This document shows positions 28,523 through 43,145 of a stretch of DNA of 64,000 nt, piece after piece (the stretch's first letter is position 1; each line of letters begins with the position of its first letter). The stretch is from Chrysomallon squamiferum (lineage: Eukaryota > Animalia > Mollusca): the NCBI GenBank assembly GCA_012295275.1, contig CM022674.1, forward strand, positions 9,176,001 to 9,240,000, written 5' to 3'. The notes beneath the pieces are model-generated. The model had not been told where the DNA came from, did no database searches, and saw nothing but the letters and a program-made list of their open reading frames with translations. The position numbers and the translations under genes were made by a program.

Positions 28523-28809
28523 AATAATATATTATGTGTAATTTATATTTCACATTGTTCTGTCCATACTTTTTATGGTTGTTATTTTTATTATTAATAT
28601 TATTTTGCTTAAAAAAGCAAAAAGGAAAATGAAAGTTGCAATAATTATTAATACTGTAACTGTCTGATAGAAAACTAAATAAATTTACAATAACTTACAA
28701 TAATATATTATGTGTAATTTATATTTCACATTGTTCTGTCCATACTTTTTATGGTTGTTATTTTTATTATTAATACTGTAACTGTCTGATAGAAAACTAA
28801 ATAAATTTA
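28523..28809 (+). repeat. Recent tandem duplication with an internal deletion in copy 2
   Basis: Copy 1 is 28523-28687 and copy 2 is 28699-28809; identical except about 54 bp missing between two attattaata microhomologies. Confidence 0.9.
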
Positions 28810-31243
28810 GACACCATGTCTTGAGAAACTAAGTATTAACACTGTTCCTATTATAATAAAAAGAAAAATAAAAGAATCAGAAAATTTCAATTCCAATATT
28901 AAAACAATCAAAATGTTAATATAATTTACATTTGTATATCAGTCTGTCAGATATTATCAGTCTGATACAAACAGAATAAAATATTTCTTACAATAAAGAG
29001 ACCAAAAAAAACAACAAAAAACAAGAAAATATGAACCACTTCTAGTTTGTAAAAATACATGAACGGGTCATAAAAAACATGTATGACAAATTTGCACATA
29101 TCATGCAGTTTAGAAATGTGATAGAAAAAGTGTGCTAGGAACTAGCATGACAGCGTGTAAATTAGTTTTTCGTCAAAACGTCGACAGATTTATGAAATAG
29201 TTTAGTATGAAAGTATCTGCAGTGGCCTCAGAAACCAATAAATCAGAAAAATAAACTTTTAAAATGTTTGTGAAAATATCCAACCAGTTAGAAAAATCAC
29301 ATCTGTTTTGGTAACCCGATCACTGGTTCCACAAATTAAGGTTGCACAACAACACACATTTGATGAATGCAGGCATGCGTTCACGTCCTGTAGTAATTGT
29401 GTTCATTTAAAAACACTGTCATGTTACCAAATATACTATTAATAATATTACAAATACTAACAAATAATATACTTTGTATAATACAATCTCATAAATATTA
29501 GTAAATATTAATAGAAACTTTAATTCATGTTGAAAAAAAAGAAAGAAAAAAAAGAAAAGAAATATATAATCTTTCACAAATCTTTGTTTCAAATAAGTAA
29601 ACCTTCACAATAAGTGAAGTGTGTGTGATCTAGTCGTATTGTTTTTGTTTTGTAATACTAATAAAATTATTAAAAGAAATGTATACAAATAATAATAGCT
29701 TAAAGGATTTCTTAAATTTTTTACTCAGTTCTGTGGTGATATACTGAATGATACAGATGATTAATATTTTATTATTGTACATTTTGAAAAATATTAATTA
29801 TAAGTAATTTTTTAAATATCAGTGCTAAGTCATTTATTTTTCAATCACTGTGTTTATGTATATTTATTTATTTATTTATTCATTTATTATTTTATAAAAA
29901 ATGATGTAGAATATGCTTTAGATCACAATTTATTATATATAAATTATAAATATAATAACTACAATCTGACTGATATTACCAGCTGAATTTATATAATTAC
30001 TTATGAAATACAAAAATTAAATGTGACTATAAAATATATATATATATATAAAAATATCAAGGGCTCTGTAATTATAAGGGGATATATCCAGTGACAAAGT
30101 TACACAACCTTTCAGCTGGATGAACAAATAATTAGTGTGAGCAGTTAACTGATTGCATTTTTAATTGTATCAAAATGTTTCTGCCACAGATTATACAAAT
30201 TAAAAACATTCTATATTCCAACACAGTAGTTATTGTTTTGTTTTTTTTCTATTTTTAAAAAGTAAATAAATAATATAGTGACCATAAATTATTTTCTCTT
30301 CTATTTTGGATTTTATGACCTTTATACTACAATCATTATTTGTTTTTGTACAAATAGCTTGCTATGTGTAAGTTATATTCTCTCCATGAATGAATCTATT
30401 TTATTTTGTCCACCTTCCAGTACTCATTTTTCAACTTTTTCATTTAATTACTACCATTGCTGTTAGTGCTGTATCCATTATGCATACCTATATCTGTTCA
30501 TTATTATTTTCATTGGAAGCATGTTAAACTGTTTGTAAATATTCTTATTTTAAAGTCTACAGCAATATTATCTGTTAGATAACATAATTATAGAGCAATG
30601 TAGTTAATCTTAACAGAATTACTGAAACAATTATTTTTATTTTCCAATAATAATTTTTATGGCCTGTAATATATTTTCCATACCACAGATATATACTTAC
30701 ATATTTATATCATCTACTGTAATGTAATATAATAAATTACTGTATTAATCTAATTTTAATGCTTTCATTTTGAAGAAACAATTACAAAGTCATCTATAAT
30801 TAAAATTGTAAACATTTTCTCTTCATATAATTATATAAAAAAGAAAAATAATGCATTTCTTCAAGGAATTGTTTCTTTGCATACTTCTTATGTTGCATGC
30901 AAATTTCCACCATGACAAATCCAATTAACCCTAAATGACAAGAATGTCTGCAACATATGACAAGTACTGGGAAATATGCTTTCACACTTCATCATATTCA
31001 CACAAATGTTCTGCGTGTGCTGTGATAAAAATATGGTATGTACTGTCCCATCTATAAAAATGTTAATCACTTTATTACTTTCAAAATTTAAGACCTTTCT
31101 TAGAAAAATAAAGATACTGAGAATTTTCTTTGTTTTTTTCCCTTTTTTCTATTATATTATTATTATTTGTTTCAATTAAATCTGTTTGTTTTTGTAATGA
31201 GGGTTATTTGGTTATTTTTCTAATTATCTGGTTTTAATTTTGC

Positions 31244-31286
<43 letters not shown>

Positions 31287-32844
31287 TTCTCACTGTCATT
31301 TTGCCTTGGAGTTTCTATAATTTTATGTTATAAAATTTTATTTGTTTGTTTTTTAAATGTTAATTTAAGTTTGTTATTATTATGTTTTTTTTTTCTGTTT
31401 ATTTTTGTCATAATTTCAGTTTCAGTATGAATTTATTTTGAAGTTAAGTGTAATATTAAATATTATCATTCATAATATGTTGATGCATTTAGATAATCAC
31501 TGTAAATCAAAAAATACTTTCAACATTCAAATTTATTAAATTTAGTATCAATGACATACTGAATTTTTGGAAATACCAAGAAACAGTTCTTTAACAGCAT
31601 TTTGGTAATATCACTTTAAAAAAATTAAAAACTAGTATTAGTGAATTTAAACATCAATTTGTTTATCAGCTTCATATTTATTTATTTTTAATTAATGTGA
31701 ATAGCACATAATTCAAACAAATCAGATAAATTTGCCAAAGAAAAAAGTCAATCTAACTGAAGCTCAACAGCTTGTGATATCAATTCATGTAGTAAAATGT
31801 TTATTCATAAAAAAATCAACTGAGCTTGTATTCGTTTGAAAGACAAGAACTTCAATTATTTCTAACAATAGTCAGGTGTGAAAATTAGCATGATACTTCA
31901 AACTTTTTTTCTAGTTTCAGTTTTTCAAACTCCTCTGTATTGAAAAATCAGTAAATGTACAAAATAATAACACAAAATGTTTTTTGTTTATTTTTATTTT
32001 TTCTCTTTACTTGTGTAAATTATTATCTGAGTTTTTATTTCTTATGTTTTTTTTCTGTTTCCAACCTTCTATTTATTTATTTATTTACTTTTTTATTATT
32101 TATCTTTTCATTAATACTCTTTCTTTGATGTTACTTTTCTGTTATTTATTAATTTTTGTTTTAATAACATATCTTCAACTTTAATGTAAAAGTTTCTGTT
32201 TAACTACACACTCAGTTTCTTAGTCTCCAAGTTAATATTAGAAAAATAAAATGTATTACTATGTGTTGTGAACATGCCATCTTCCTTTTCTGTGTGTGTA
32301 TGTGTAGTTTTATGTGTATATAGGTGGATTTATTATCTGTAGTATGTTACATTTTGTCATAACAAAATTAACAGATTTTTCAGAGAAAGGCTGCTGCCAC
32401 CTTATCAGAAACAAAATGTGCAGCATAAAACAACTGTTAACTGGAAGGGAAAAAAAAAATGGAATAATAAGAAATCAAAAAGTTCACAAGGGTAAGAAAC
32501 AGAAAGTGAGAAGACTACCATTTAACTACCAGTAATCAAAAAGAAAAAAGAAGAAAAACATTACACTGTAAAATAAATAATTTAGTTTTATCTACTTTAA
32601 AATAAATACAACATAAACAGTATAAAAAAAAGAAACAGATATAATATGAATAGATGGCACAGGCAAATTTAAACATAATAAAACTCACAAATTCTGTAAC
32701 ATTTTAAAAAAATTAAAATTATTTGTTATTTCATTTTCTTTTATTATTAGAATATAATCTGTTTCGACTCCCTTGTTTGAAACAATTTCTATTTCTATTC
32801 ATATTTGCTATTTCATAAATAATCGGTTTCTTTGAGTACAGTTG

Positions 32845-32882
<38 letters not shown>

Positions 32883-34920
32883 CTTATTTCACTAAGATTA
32901 TGTAACACTTCCTTCAGAGTAAAGGTGAATAATTGAAAAATACACAACTACAGATGTAAATGTAATATTGTTGTTGGTCACCTAAATACACCACACATCC
33001 ACTGACAAAACACATAAGAATATATATACAAATATATACACATATCTACCTATAAATCCCATTGGATACAAAAACACACTGTTCACAAACTAAAATGGAA
33101 ATTAAAAAACATTAAAGAAATTCTGTACATTTATATGTTACTGGCAGAGTTTAAATATTCATATAATTTTATTTTTTATATCTAACAATTAAAAATATGA
33201 TGTATTTATTTTTTTATATATATGTTTTTCTTTATATTAATATAAATGAATGTAAATTACTTGATATTGTACAACCAATACATATCTGTGATGTTTAAAA
33301 GATGTGTGTTACACCTGATCTCTGCTTGGGGCCAGGTGTGTTGACTGGGTCACACAATAAATGATTGGTAAAAGCTTTCCTTGTCAAATTCTAGCTGGAA
33401 ACTCTACACCAGATATTTCCTATGTTTAGGTTTTTTTATTTAATTTTTAAAACTGGAAATAGCAATAAAGAATTGGAAGAAAGTTCATATCTTTTGAAAA
33501 ACACATAATGGGTTGTTAGAAAATGATTTAATATAAACAGATGAATGGAGAGGCAAACAGATGCAAAAACTGTATATTGACTTGAGAGTTTATGAGTAAC
33601 TGCTAGGCCTGATGGAAAGATTGAAAAATGGATGGAAGAAAGGAATTATGATAGATAGATTTAAATAAAATTTTAATTATAAATGTAAACATTAATTATT
33701 CTTCTATAATAATATTTGCTTGTGGCATCAAAACATTTATTTTTTTAAATTATTACTTAGAGAAGTAATATGTAACTCAATTTTAAATTTTTGTGATGTG
33801 GGTAATAATGAACACTGTGAAATAATTTATTTTTAAACAAAAACTGTAAAATATACTACTATGACTGGCTATTCAAGAAATATTTAAAAAAGAAAAAAGA
33901 AATGGTATTTCCTTTATCTATTCTAATGTAGAAACAAAACTCAAATATTTTGTTTACGATATTTTAACAAAATACCGTTTATTAGAGCAATAATGTAAAA
34001 CTATAGATCATTACAAATAAAAGTATTCTAATACTGGGAAGTTTATAATCAAAATATGAAATTTGTTCACACACACACACAAACTTCTAAAAACAATATT
34101 TAAATAGCCAAACCAAAAAAAATTGTATTTAATTTAGTTAAAACTTATTTTGAAACTGGCAGTGTTTGAATATATATAAATTGATAAGCCAGAAATGAAA
34201 ACTGTATCAAAAAGTCATAGCAATGTAAATAACTAAACAAATTATTAACAAGAAAAAAATAAATATTTTATTTGATTTGTCAGGAGTAACACATTAAATG
34301 TGTAACATCTATTATCTCTATGTTTTACTATTTTTATCATTTTTTAAATTAATTAAATGGTTTTCTTCAATTAATAAAAATATAGAATAATTAAAATAAT
34401 TAATTAGAATGTGAATATAAATTTTCTAAAAAAACCCAGAAAACAATAACAAAACAACTTTTTTTTGTTCATTTTACTCTATTTTAATTTTTTTTTATCT
34501 TTCTTTTATATTTTAATTTTTATTTCTCTTATCTTATTTTGACAAAGTAATAATTCATTCCAAGGATATTTCTCTTTTTTTATATATTTCCAGAAGAATT
34601 AAAGAACTAATTTGTAGAAATCTGTGAAACATTAGCTCAGTCATTAAATACTTCCTAATATATTTAAACCACATTTTATCTTACATAGCTTTGAAAAAAG
34701 GTTTATTTATTAAAATTACTATTTTGACATAAATCAACTTTCAGAATTATAAAGAAATAATAAAAAATATTATTATCTCAACATTCATTTAGTTATTACA
34801 AATAATTTTTTGAAAAAATACAAATGAACAAGAGATACAAATTTAAATATATTTTGTAGTAGCATGAAAGTTTATTATTTCTACTAGACATTACATAATA
34901 CAGATTTTTAAAACATTTTC

Positions 34921-34974
<54 letters not shown>
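34921..34974. repeat. (AT)n microsatellite
   Basis: Near-perfect AT run. Confidence 0.9.
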
Positions 34975-34981
<7 letters not shown>

Positions 34982-35458
34982 ATATGAACTTTAAATAAAA
35001 TCAAATATAAAAATAATTTTAAATAAATTTTTTAAGAGCATTTTTATATTGAGAATATTTATAACAAATGATGACAAAATAGATAAAATTCAACAATATT
35101 CTTAAAAATACAGTTATTTCTAAGTTTTAAAAAATAACAATAACAATTTTATAGAAAACAAATATTTTTAAATTATGATATTGTAAATCAAAAATATTTA
35201 AATAAGAAATAACTGCAAAGGGCAAATAAATAAAAAGTATTAATAACCAGTGTAGCTTTTTAATCTTATAATAATAAAGAAAAAAATTAGAATCTGTATA
35301 CACTGATACAATTTTTTAAAATTAAATGCCAAATATAAACAAATACTAAATATTTAGCAGTATATTAATAATAAACAATTGTATAAATAATAATAATTAA
35401 ATTTAAAATATATATTTATAGAAATTAAAATATTTAATAAAATAAAAAAATGACTTAC

Positions 35459-35529
35459 CTCATTAGCCTATTATCAGGATAGGCATGTGACCAGGATGTA
35501 TTATAAACATCATTATACATGGTTGTCAT
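35459..35529 (-). CDS. Candidate first coding exon of an unidentified minus-strand gene (MTTMYNDVYNTSWSHAYPDNRLM+AG, phase 2)
   Basis: Consensus donor AG|GTAAGT lies exactly where a complex island meets more than 1.5 kb of ultra-AT-rich sequence. There is an in-frame upstream stop before the ATG and a TATA/CRE promoter about 400 bp upstream. The peptide is not recognised. Confidence 0.45.
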
Positions 35530-35929
35530 GTGTGTTTGTCATGTGTTTGGTGACCCCAGCACCACTCTTGAAAAAGCCAAACAATCCAATAAGTGAGTTT
35601 ACTTAGTAGTGGAGAAACAGTCTGTGATGTCAACCATCTAATGATGACACCTCGCAAACTGTCACACTACATGGCACAAAGCTGCTTCAGGCCAGGCCAC
35701 TGCTATACAAAGCTTTGCACAATCACTCTTCTCCCAGTCAGTGTAGTGTGTGTGTGGTTAAGCTGTAAGCTTCAAGTACTTTCTGCCTATCTCTCTCTTC
35801 TTCTTGTTAACAACGCAATGTAGCCTCTCCACTCTGAATTCAGTATTGTCAGAGCTTGTGTATATATGTGTGAGTGTATGTGTGAGTGTGTGTGTTTGTT
35901 ACCACAAGATGCAAGAGTTGCAGATGTCA

Positions 35930-35975
35930 CAGTTTATAAGACTGGCCAGAGTGACGATGGCGTGACGTTGTCAGA
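35930..35975 (-). promoter_or_regulatory. Candidate Pol II core promoter: TATAAA plus two CRE/ATF half-sites
   Basis: Minus-strand TATAAA at 35938-35933; TGACG at about 35952 and 35963 just upstream, which are retained CpGs in an otherwise CpG-poor region. Confidence 0.4.
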
Positions 35976-36962
35976 GAAAGTCTTCCTAATGACACAGAGC
36001 GGGTGTGCACTGCTTGGGGCTGTTCCAAGGAGTTGTCTGGGGGAAAGCTCAGCTGTCTAAATACATGATGGGGTGAAGACCTTGCTTTTCTGATCACTTT
36101 TCCAGATTTTCCACAAACTAAAAATGTTAAGGAAATAATCTGTCTATATTGTGTCTGCTATCCAAGTCTCGCTAAACTGCTTTTTAACAACTTCTAGAAA
36201 TTTATTACAAATTAAGAAAATAAATTAACTTTTTTTTGTTTTGTTGATTTAACAGAAAGATCAGTGAAAAAAAATGTTATGTATAATAAATAAAAATGGT
36301 GTGTGTGTGCCTGTTTATACGTAAGCTGATTTGTTTGTGTGATTAATGCAAATTATTTTCAGGGGCTAAATAATTTTAATTGTAATTACATTTCTTTTAA
36401 TAGGTTCAACAATGACTAGCAAAACTGTTAAATTAAGACAATCTCACAAAACATAGAGTATGTGTGTGTGTGGGTGTGTGTGTATGTGTGTGTGTGTAAG
36501 TGTGTATGTGAAAAAATCAATAAATATGTTAAAATGGAGAGTTTTATTTTAAACGTTATTATTACTTTAATATGCACCAAGTTATTCTTTGAGATAAAAA
36601 TTTCTTCCTGGTCTAATTTTATTTTGTAAAGTACAACATTCAGCATTTAGTTAAACATCAACATTTAATATATAAAATAGTCATTTTACAAATAATACTA
36701 ATGTCATTATTAGAAATATTTTTAAATACTGACATAATAATGTTTACAAATGCAATCGTACCTTGTTTATAAATAATAACGTAACATGTTTACCAATACT
36801 AATATACTATATACTATACTGACATACAGTATTTACAAATACTGATATGCCATGTTTATAAATAATGATATTCAATGATAATGAATAAATAAATCACACA
36901 TGAACATTTTACATACACATATACATCTAATAAATTAATACATATATATATATAAAGTGCAT

Positions 36963-36995
<33 letters not shown>

Positions 36996-39900
36996 TATTT
37001 ATATGTATAGAATTTAAAATGAACTGAAGACAGTTTTACAAAGATTAAAAGATGTTTGTCAGTTAAATCAAGTGTGTCTAAAGTGCTGAAAATGCACACC
37101 ACTGCTTCAGTTCCCCATTTTCAAACATCCAAGTTTAATTTGCTAGGACAAGCGTAAAAAGTGGGTTGCCACAGTGCTGTTTGCCTCTACATCAAGATAG
37201 CATCATGGAAGGTAAAAGATGAAGAGAAGAGAATTTTATCTGTATACACTGTTTGTGTTACTGACAGTCAACTGACAGCCACTGAAGTAGTCAAATCTCA
37301 AATATGATAACATTTCATGAATAATACCTTCATGAAGTGGCTTTCATATCTATTTTATCCCATTCTAACCATGATAAATATAAATGTATAACCATACACA
37401 CACACAAACACACACATAAAATAACATTAATTATGATATTAATATATATATATATATATAAAAACATAAGGATTTGTTGTCTAATTAATATATAAAAGTA
37501 ATATGTATTCCAACCAATTATTTAAATTTAATTGTGGCCTGTGTCTTGGTGCTAAATGATATGAAATATTACAAAACTACCTATAATTATTTTATCATGT
37601 GATCAACAACACATTCTGTTTATTCTCATGCTCAAGTAAATTTAAAAAGTATTTAAATAATACTTTTATAATTATTTTAAAAATATTTGATGTAAAGGGT
37701 TTTATTAACATGGAACTCATTAATTAGTGGCAAATTGAAATAAAAGAGAATGTATGACATGGGATGAACCAAGCCAGGAGTTGAAGAGAGGATTACACAG
37801 AGCTTAGCATGTTTCTAAACCAACTAGCCATTTAAACAAATTATCTCCAATTTGTAAAGCCTGCAAAATTGGTTTAAGCACTGGTATTTTTTTTAAGCCA
37901 GCAGTTAAATAATGATCTGAATAAGCCTCTTAGTAAACCATCATCTTAGAGATCACATCATGATTTAAAGTAGCTTTATTAAAACAGCCTTATACTCAAA
38001 AGGGCTGGATTGTTTTGTTTAACCTTTCTTGCATATTGTAGTCTTTCTTATAATTTAATTTACTGATTTTTTTTCTCCCTAATTTGACTTTTTATTCCTT
38101 TCTGTTTTCTTAAGTATTTTTAAAATGTCTTTTCTGTCATGTTGTGGATTATATTTAAAATTTCTGTATTTATTTAAAAATTAATATAGCTTTTCTTTTA
38201 CATTATTTACTTTTGACTACAAGTGCTTCCACTGTGATATAATTTTTACTGTAGAATTAAAAATAAATGTTATGAAAGAAATTTAAAAAGTAATTAAAAT
38301 ATGTAATTTTAATTCTTCATTATTTATCTAATTAGTGTTTTCTGTAATCAATATTGTTATGAAAATAGGTAATATATTAAAATGAAATGAAAACACTCTA
38401 ACTCATAATTATAAATAAGTGACTACTTTTTTCATTATTATCTAAAATTAACTATATATTTAAATGATAGAGAAGCTATCCTTCTCACAAGAGCATTAAG
38501 CTGTTTTCAAACAGAGTCACTTGAAAATAGTTTAAATTTTTTCTTTGCATATAACTTTTGGACTTGCAAAGAAAAATATTCTGAAATTTGTGGCTAATTA
38601 GCTCACAGGAAATAATTTTAAACTGACTTGGTGTGCTTCCTATTGGATTTCGTTTGAGCCATGTACATTTTCCACTACTGCAACGCTGAGTGAAAGCAGC
38701 AAACACAGCACCTGCCACATCAGCGTTTCCAGTGAAACGGCAGCAGCCATTACTTCATCAATACTTCATCATTGTCAACATACAACATTGAGCTTTCAAG
38801 CCTAATTAAATTTCAAAATTAAAGTAAAGTGAACACAAAACAAACATACAGCTACATAAGCAATTAAAGCTCATAGATTTCTGCAAAACCAAATGCAATG
38901 ATTCGGTCAAATATTCTAATTAGCTGCAAAGAGAAATGTTTCATACATTGCCAGGATTTTGTGCCCAGCTTTTCACCACTGCCTTCATTTTAAACAGGTG
39001 AAACAGAAATTAGACTGGTACTAAGCTCACATCTGCATCTGAATCAGTTACACTTGGAGGCCAATCTGATTTCACAACTATCTCAATGACAGCTGAGAGG
39101 TTCAGGAAAAATTTACCATCTCCATGTGATGAAATACGTAGCTACACAGCAAAAGGAAAATTTGATTTAGATACAGAACTGATGATTGGGTCTTATAATA
39201 TCTCAACTCACTTTCTGTTTGCATTTTGGAATATCTCTATGATGTGTTGTGTAGAAAATATTATTTTCAGAAAATGATTTTATATAAAATATTTATAAAC
39301 ATGTTTTGATGCTACTTGTTTACTTGAATGTATCCAGTTCAGAAATAATTTTAATTTATATATCTATTTACTTATCTCAGTGTTTATAAACATTTTAAAA
39401 CATTTCCATGAATTTTCACACTAAATTATTTTAAGCAACTGCTATAATTTAGAGGCAGTTTGCAGTCTACTTGACATATATATTATGACATTAAATTATA
39501 GAAAATCTTGTTTTATCATACTGAAATGTTTCAAACAAATCCTTTTCTTTGCCACAGAAATGTTTATTCTTCTGTTCTTAGTGACAGCTCAGTTTTTGGG
39601 TGGTTTTTTTTAGTCAATTTAGGACTTTCAACATCTATGCTGACTTTACAATCTGTATCTGTGTAGTTTTCATTCACTGTGAACACACTGACTTTCCAAC
39701 AACTACTAGGTCTTTCCATTTGCTACATTTATAAGACTTTCCATCTGTCAGTCTATTTTAACTTTCAGTTTGCTATATGTATAATGTTTTTCCATTTATT
39801 TTAACTATACTGACTCTTTTGACCACTAAGGATTTAAGTCACTGGATTACATTACAGCAGGTTCCAGAAAACATAACAAAATGATCAAACCAAACATACC

Positions 39901-40558
39901 CACTGAATTTAGCTAGTTTGTTATTTGTTTACAGAGACTTATCATTATTACTATCAGCTAATCATCATATAATCTATTCATAATAATCATTCCAAAACTA
40001 CATTCTATTAATCTATTATGTACACTTAATGACCATCAGCAGCACAATGAATCAAGTTTAAAATAGAAGTATCAAGTGAAATTCTCAAACAAGTAGAGAA
40101 AATTTATTAGGTTCCAAATTCCACACAAGACGTAATAGGCAGCAAGCATGAAGAAATGAAGTATCAGATTGCCAGAAATTGCTTATCAGATTTGTTCTTT
40201 GATTGGTTTATAGCTGAGCAGGATTTGGGCAGAGGCATCTCAAAGGTTAAAAGACATTCTGTTTGGTATTTTCACAGAATTCCTGTCTCATGTGGCAACT
40301 TCATAAATCACATGTGAAAACAAATTTATTTGTCTGTCAGCTCATACATTAATACCTCTTCATTCTTAAAACTATTGTGCAGTCACTAATAATAATACAA
40401 ATAAAACTAAAAGTGTTAATGATTTTAAGATAAAATGAAAAATTCATAATACTTTAAATATGATATGCAGGTCACTCACTATACAATCCCAAACAGGTGT
40501 GTCATTTATTTTCAAATAAATTAACCTTCAAAATCTCATCCTTAGTAACTGAAGTATT

Positions 40559-40569
40559 AAATAAATAAG

Positions 40570-40616
<47 letters not shown>

Positions 40617-40617
40617 A
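40559..40617. repeat. (AAAT)n microsatellite
   Basis: Near-perfect AAAT run. Confidence 0.9.
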
Positions 40618-40859
40618 AATAATTAGTACCAATAAATAAATATTTAAATATACTTTGAAATTATTGATTTTTAACAACCTGACTGAAAAGAGAATGTCTG
40701 TTATTTTAAAATGTAACTTTATTAAAAAAAAGTTTGTGCTAGCATTTTACTGTTTGCTGTGTTCTCTAAATTGTATACCAATAATTATTTTTAAAATATA
40801 ACAAAATAATATGCAAACTGTAAAAGAAAATTTCATGTAGAGAATTTATAAAGGATTTA

Positions 40860-41060
40860 TTGTGTTGACAACTTATTTGTATAGATGTTTGCTATTTATT
40901 TCAGTGAGTGGACTACTTATTTGTATAGGACAGGACTACTTATTTGCATAGTAATTATGTATATTGGTGTTGACTACATATTTGTGTAGATGTTACTTTC
41001 TTATTTGTAGGTTTAGGTGTTTATTACTTATTTGTATAGACGTTGACTAATTATTTCTGA
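40860..41060. repeat. Degenerate tandem repeat (gactacttatttgtataga)
   Basis: Motif recurs about 7 times. Confidence 0.75.
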
Positions 41061-42999
41061 CACACATAGTTAGCAAAAACAGCCTTTGTCATTTTATACA
41101 GTATATGAATTTATTTTTTATTCATAGAAGGAACTACATAAAATTGATGTGGGAAGTGGGGCATTGTACTTAAATTTGTCTGTTTTCATTTGAAAACATT
41201 TACTTACATCCTTTATTGATGCTGTTATCTACTTCTACTGTAGATAAAATCTTTACTGATATCAACCAGTTTTATAATACTGGCAAGAATGTCATATATC
41301 AAAGTTTGAGGAACCATTTCTGTTACAAAATACTGATTGGTTTCTACACTTTTATCAACTGTTTTTGATCTTGAGTGTGTTTCAGTGTCTAAAATACATA
41401 GTTATATGAGATTATTATCATTATTATTATTATTGATGTTGTTGTTATTATTATTATTCGAAATGACAGTGTAATTTCAATTGTTGATAACCCTACAACA
41501 GAATTATAGAAGTGAGCTTGGTAAAAGGGTCTCTTAAGGTTATTATTAATTTTGCTCTTTGCTAGAATATTTTCCTTATTCTGCCTGGACATTTTAATTT
41601 TTAAATGGGTGGGCGAATCAAAGTTTTGAGAATGTTTATAGCTTCTCTTGGTATATTATTAGGGAGCTAGGCTGTAGCAACTGTATAAATGTTTCATTTT
41701 TTTTAAATATTACTTTGTACATTCAAATTAATACATGACAATTATTAAAAATAATTAATAATGGTCATTTTTATAATATTTAAAACATCAAAAACTGTGT
41801 ATTAATATATTATTTTATGCTTAGTTCACAAAAAGCTAAAGATCACAGACCCAAAAGATAATTCAAGTGTACAACAGTTTGAAGAGCTCATCTTACATAA
41901 CTACTCTTGATCTGCAGGAACAAGTGACAAGACGTGTGAGAGAACATAGCCTTGTTTGAGATATCAACACCATCAGAGATTTAAACAGGGCCCAGTGAAC
42001 TATCACCTGTTCATGCAATGAAACTCAAATGGGTGTTACTTTTTATCACAAACACAACATGCTTATTTTTATCATAGTCACAACACATTTATTTTTATCA
42101 CAAACACAGCATACATTTTTTTTTTTATCAATTGTTTCAAACTAAGACAACCTTTCAGTTTATTAACTGCTTGGCAGTAATTGGAATGGGAAATGTCTAC
42201 TATCAAAAAATAAAATTTATATTTTTTTGTATTTGATAATGTCAGTAGTCATGCTAAAATAAACTGTAGAAATATCACACAGTATTATCAGGTTTATAGA
42301 AATTAACAAGTATTAAAATTTGTTTTATTTAAAGACACAACTACAACAAATTAAATAATTTTCTATCATCAGCTTTTGTAGACAAACATTTTTGTAAAGA
42401 GAAATCTCTTTTACAACAGCTTGTATGCAGATGAGAGATTTATAAAAACTCAGACAAAGGACATGTTTTGATGAGGTAATTATTAATTCTAATTTCTACT
42501 TTGATAACCTTTTTCACAGTGCCTAACAAACAGAGACCACTACATAATCACTGAGATAATATTAAGTAGTTTGACTTTCAGCTACCAACATTAAACAAGA
42601 AGGTGAAAAAACTGCTACTGAATGAATCACTGTTATATTAGCTTCTTTGATATGAAATCAGAAAATTACAATCCCATATAGCTCCTGGCTTTTCACTATT
42701 CCTACATTTTGTACAACATTTAAATGAGGATTCTGCCCAACAGCCAAACTACACGTACTTGACTTAATACACAAAGTACATGTACTGTATAATGTAGGAA
42801 TAATGTGAAGAAATTCATAGTGTTTTTAAACAACATTAAATTTAAACTATGAATTACCGAAAAATTACTTTAATTCATACACCAGTACTTTTAAATTACA
42901 AATAGTTTAAAAATTATTAAGCAAATACAAATTATGCTGATATTATAAAAATTCAAAATAATATCAGGAGCACTGTTGAAAGTCCTATAAATTAAATCG

Positions 43000-43145
43000 C
43001 ACAATCTGAACAGTTCAACAATACATTATACATGTACAATGATCTGAACAGTTTAAATTCATTACTCATACACAGTGATCTGAAGAGTTCAAATACAGTT
43101 ACAAATACTCAATGATGTGAACAGTTGATATACATTATGCATAGA
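43000..43145. repeat. Degenerate approx. 36-bp tandem repeat (atgatctgaacagttcaaatacatta)
   Basis: Four diverged copies. Confidence 0.65.
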
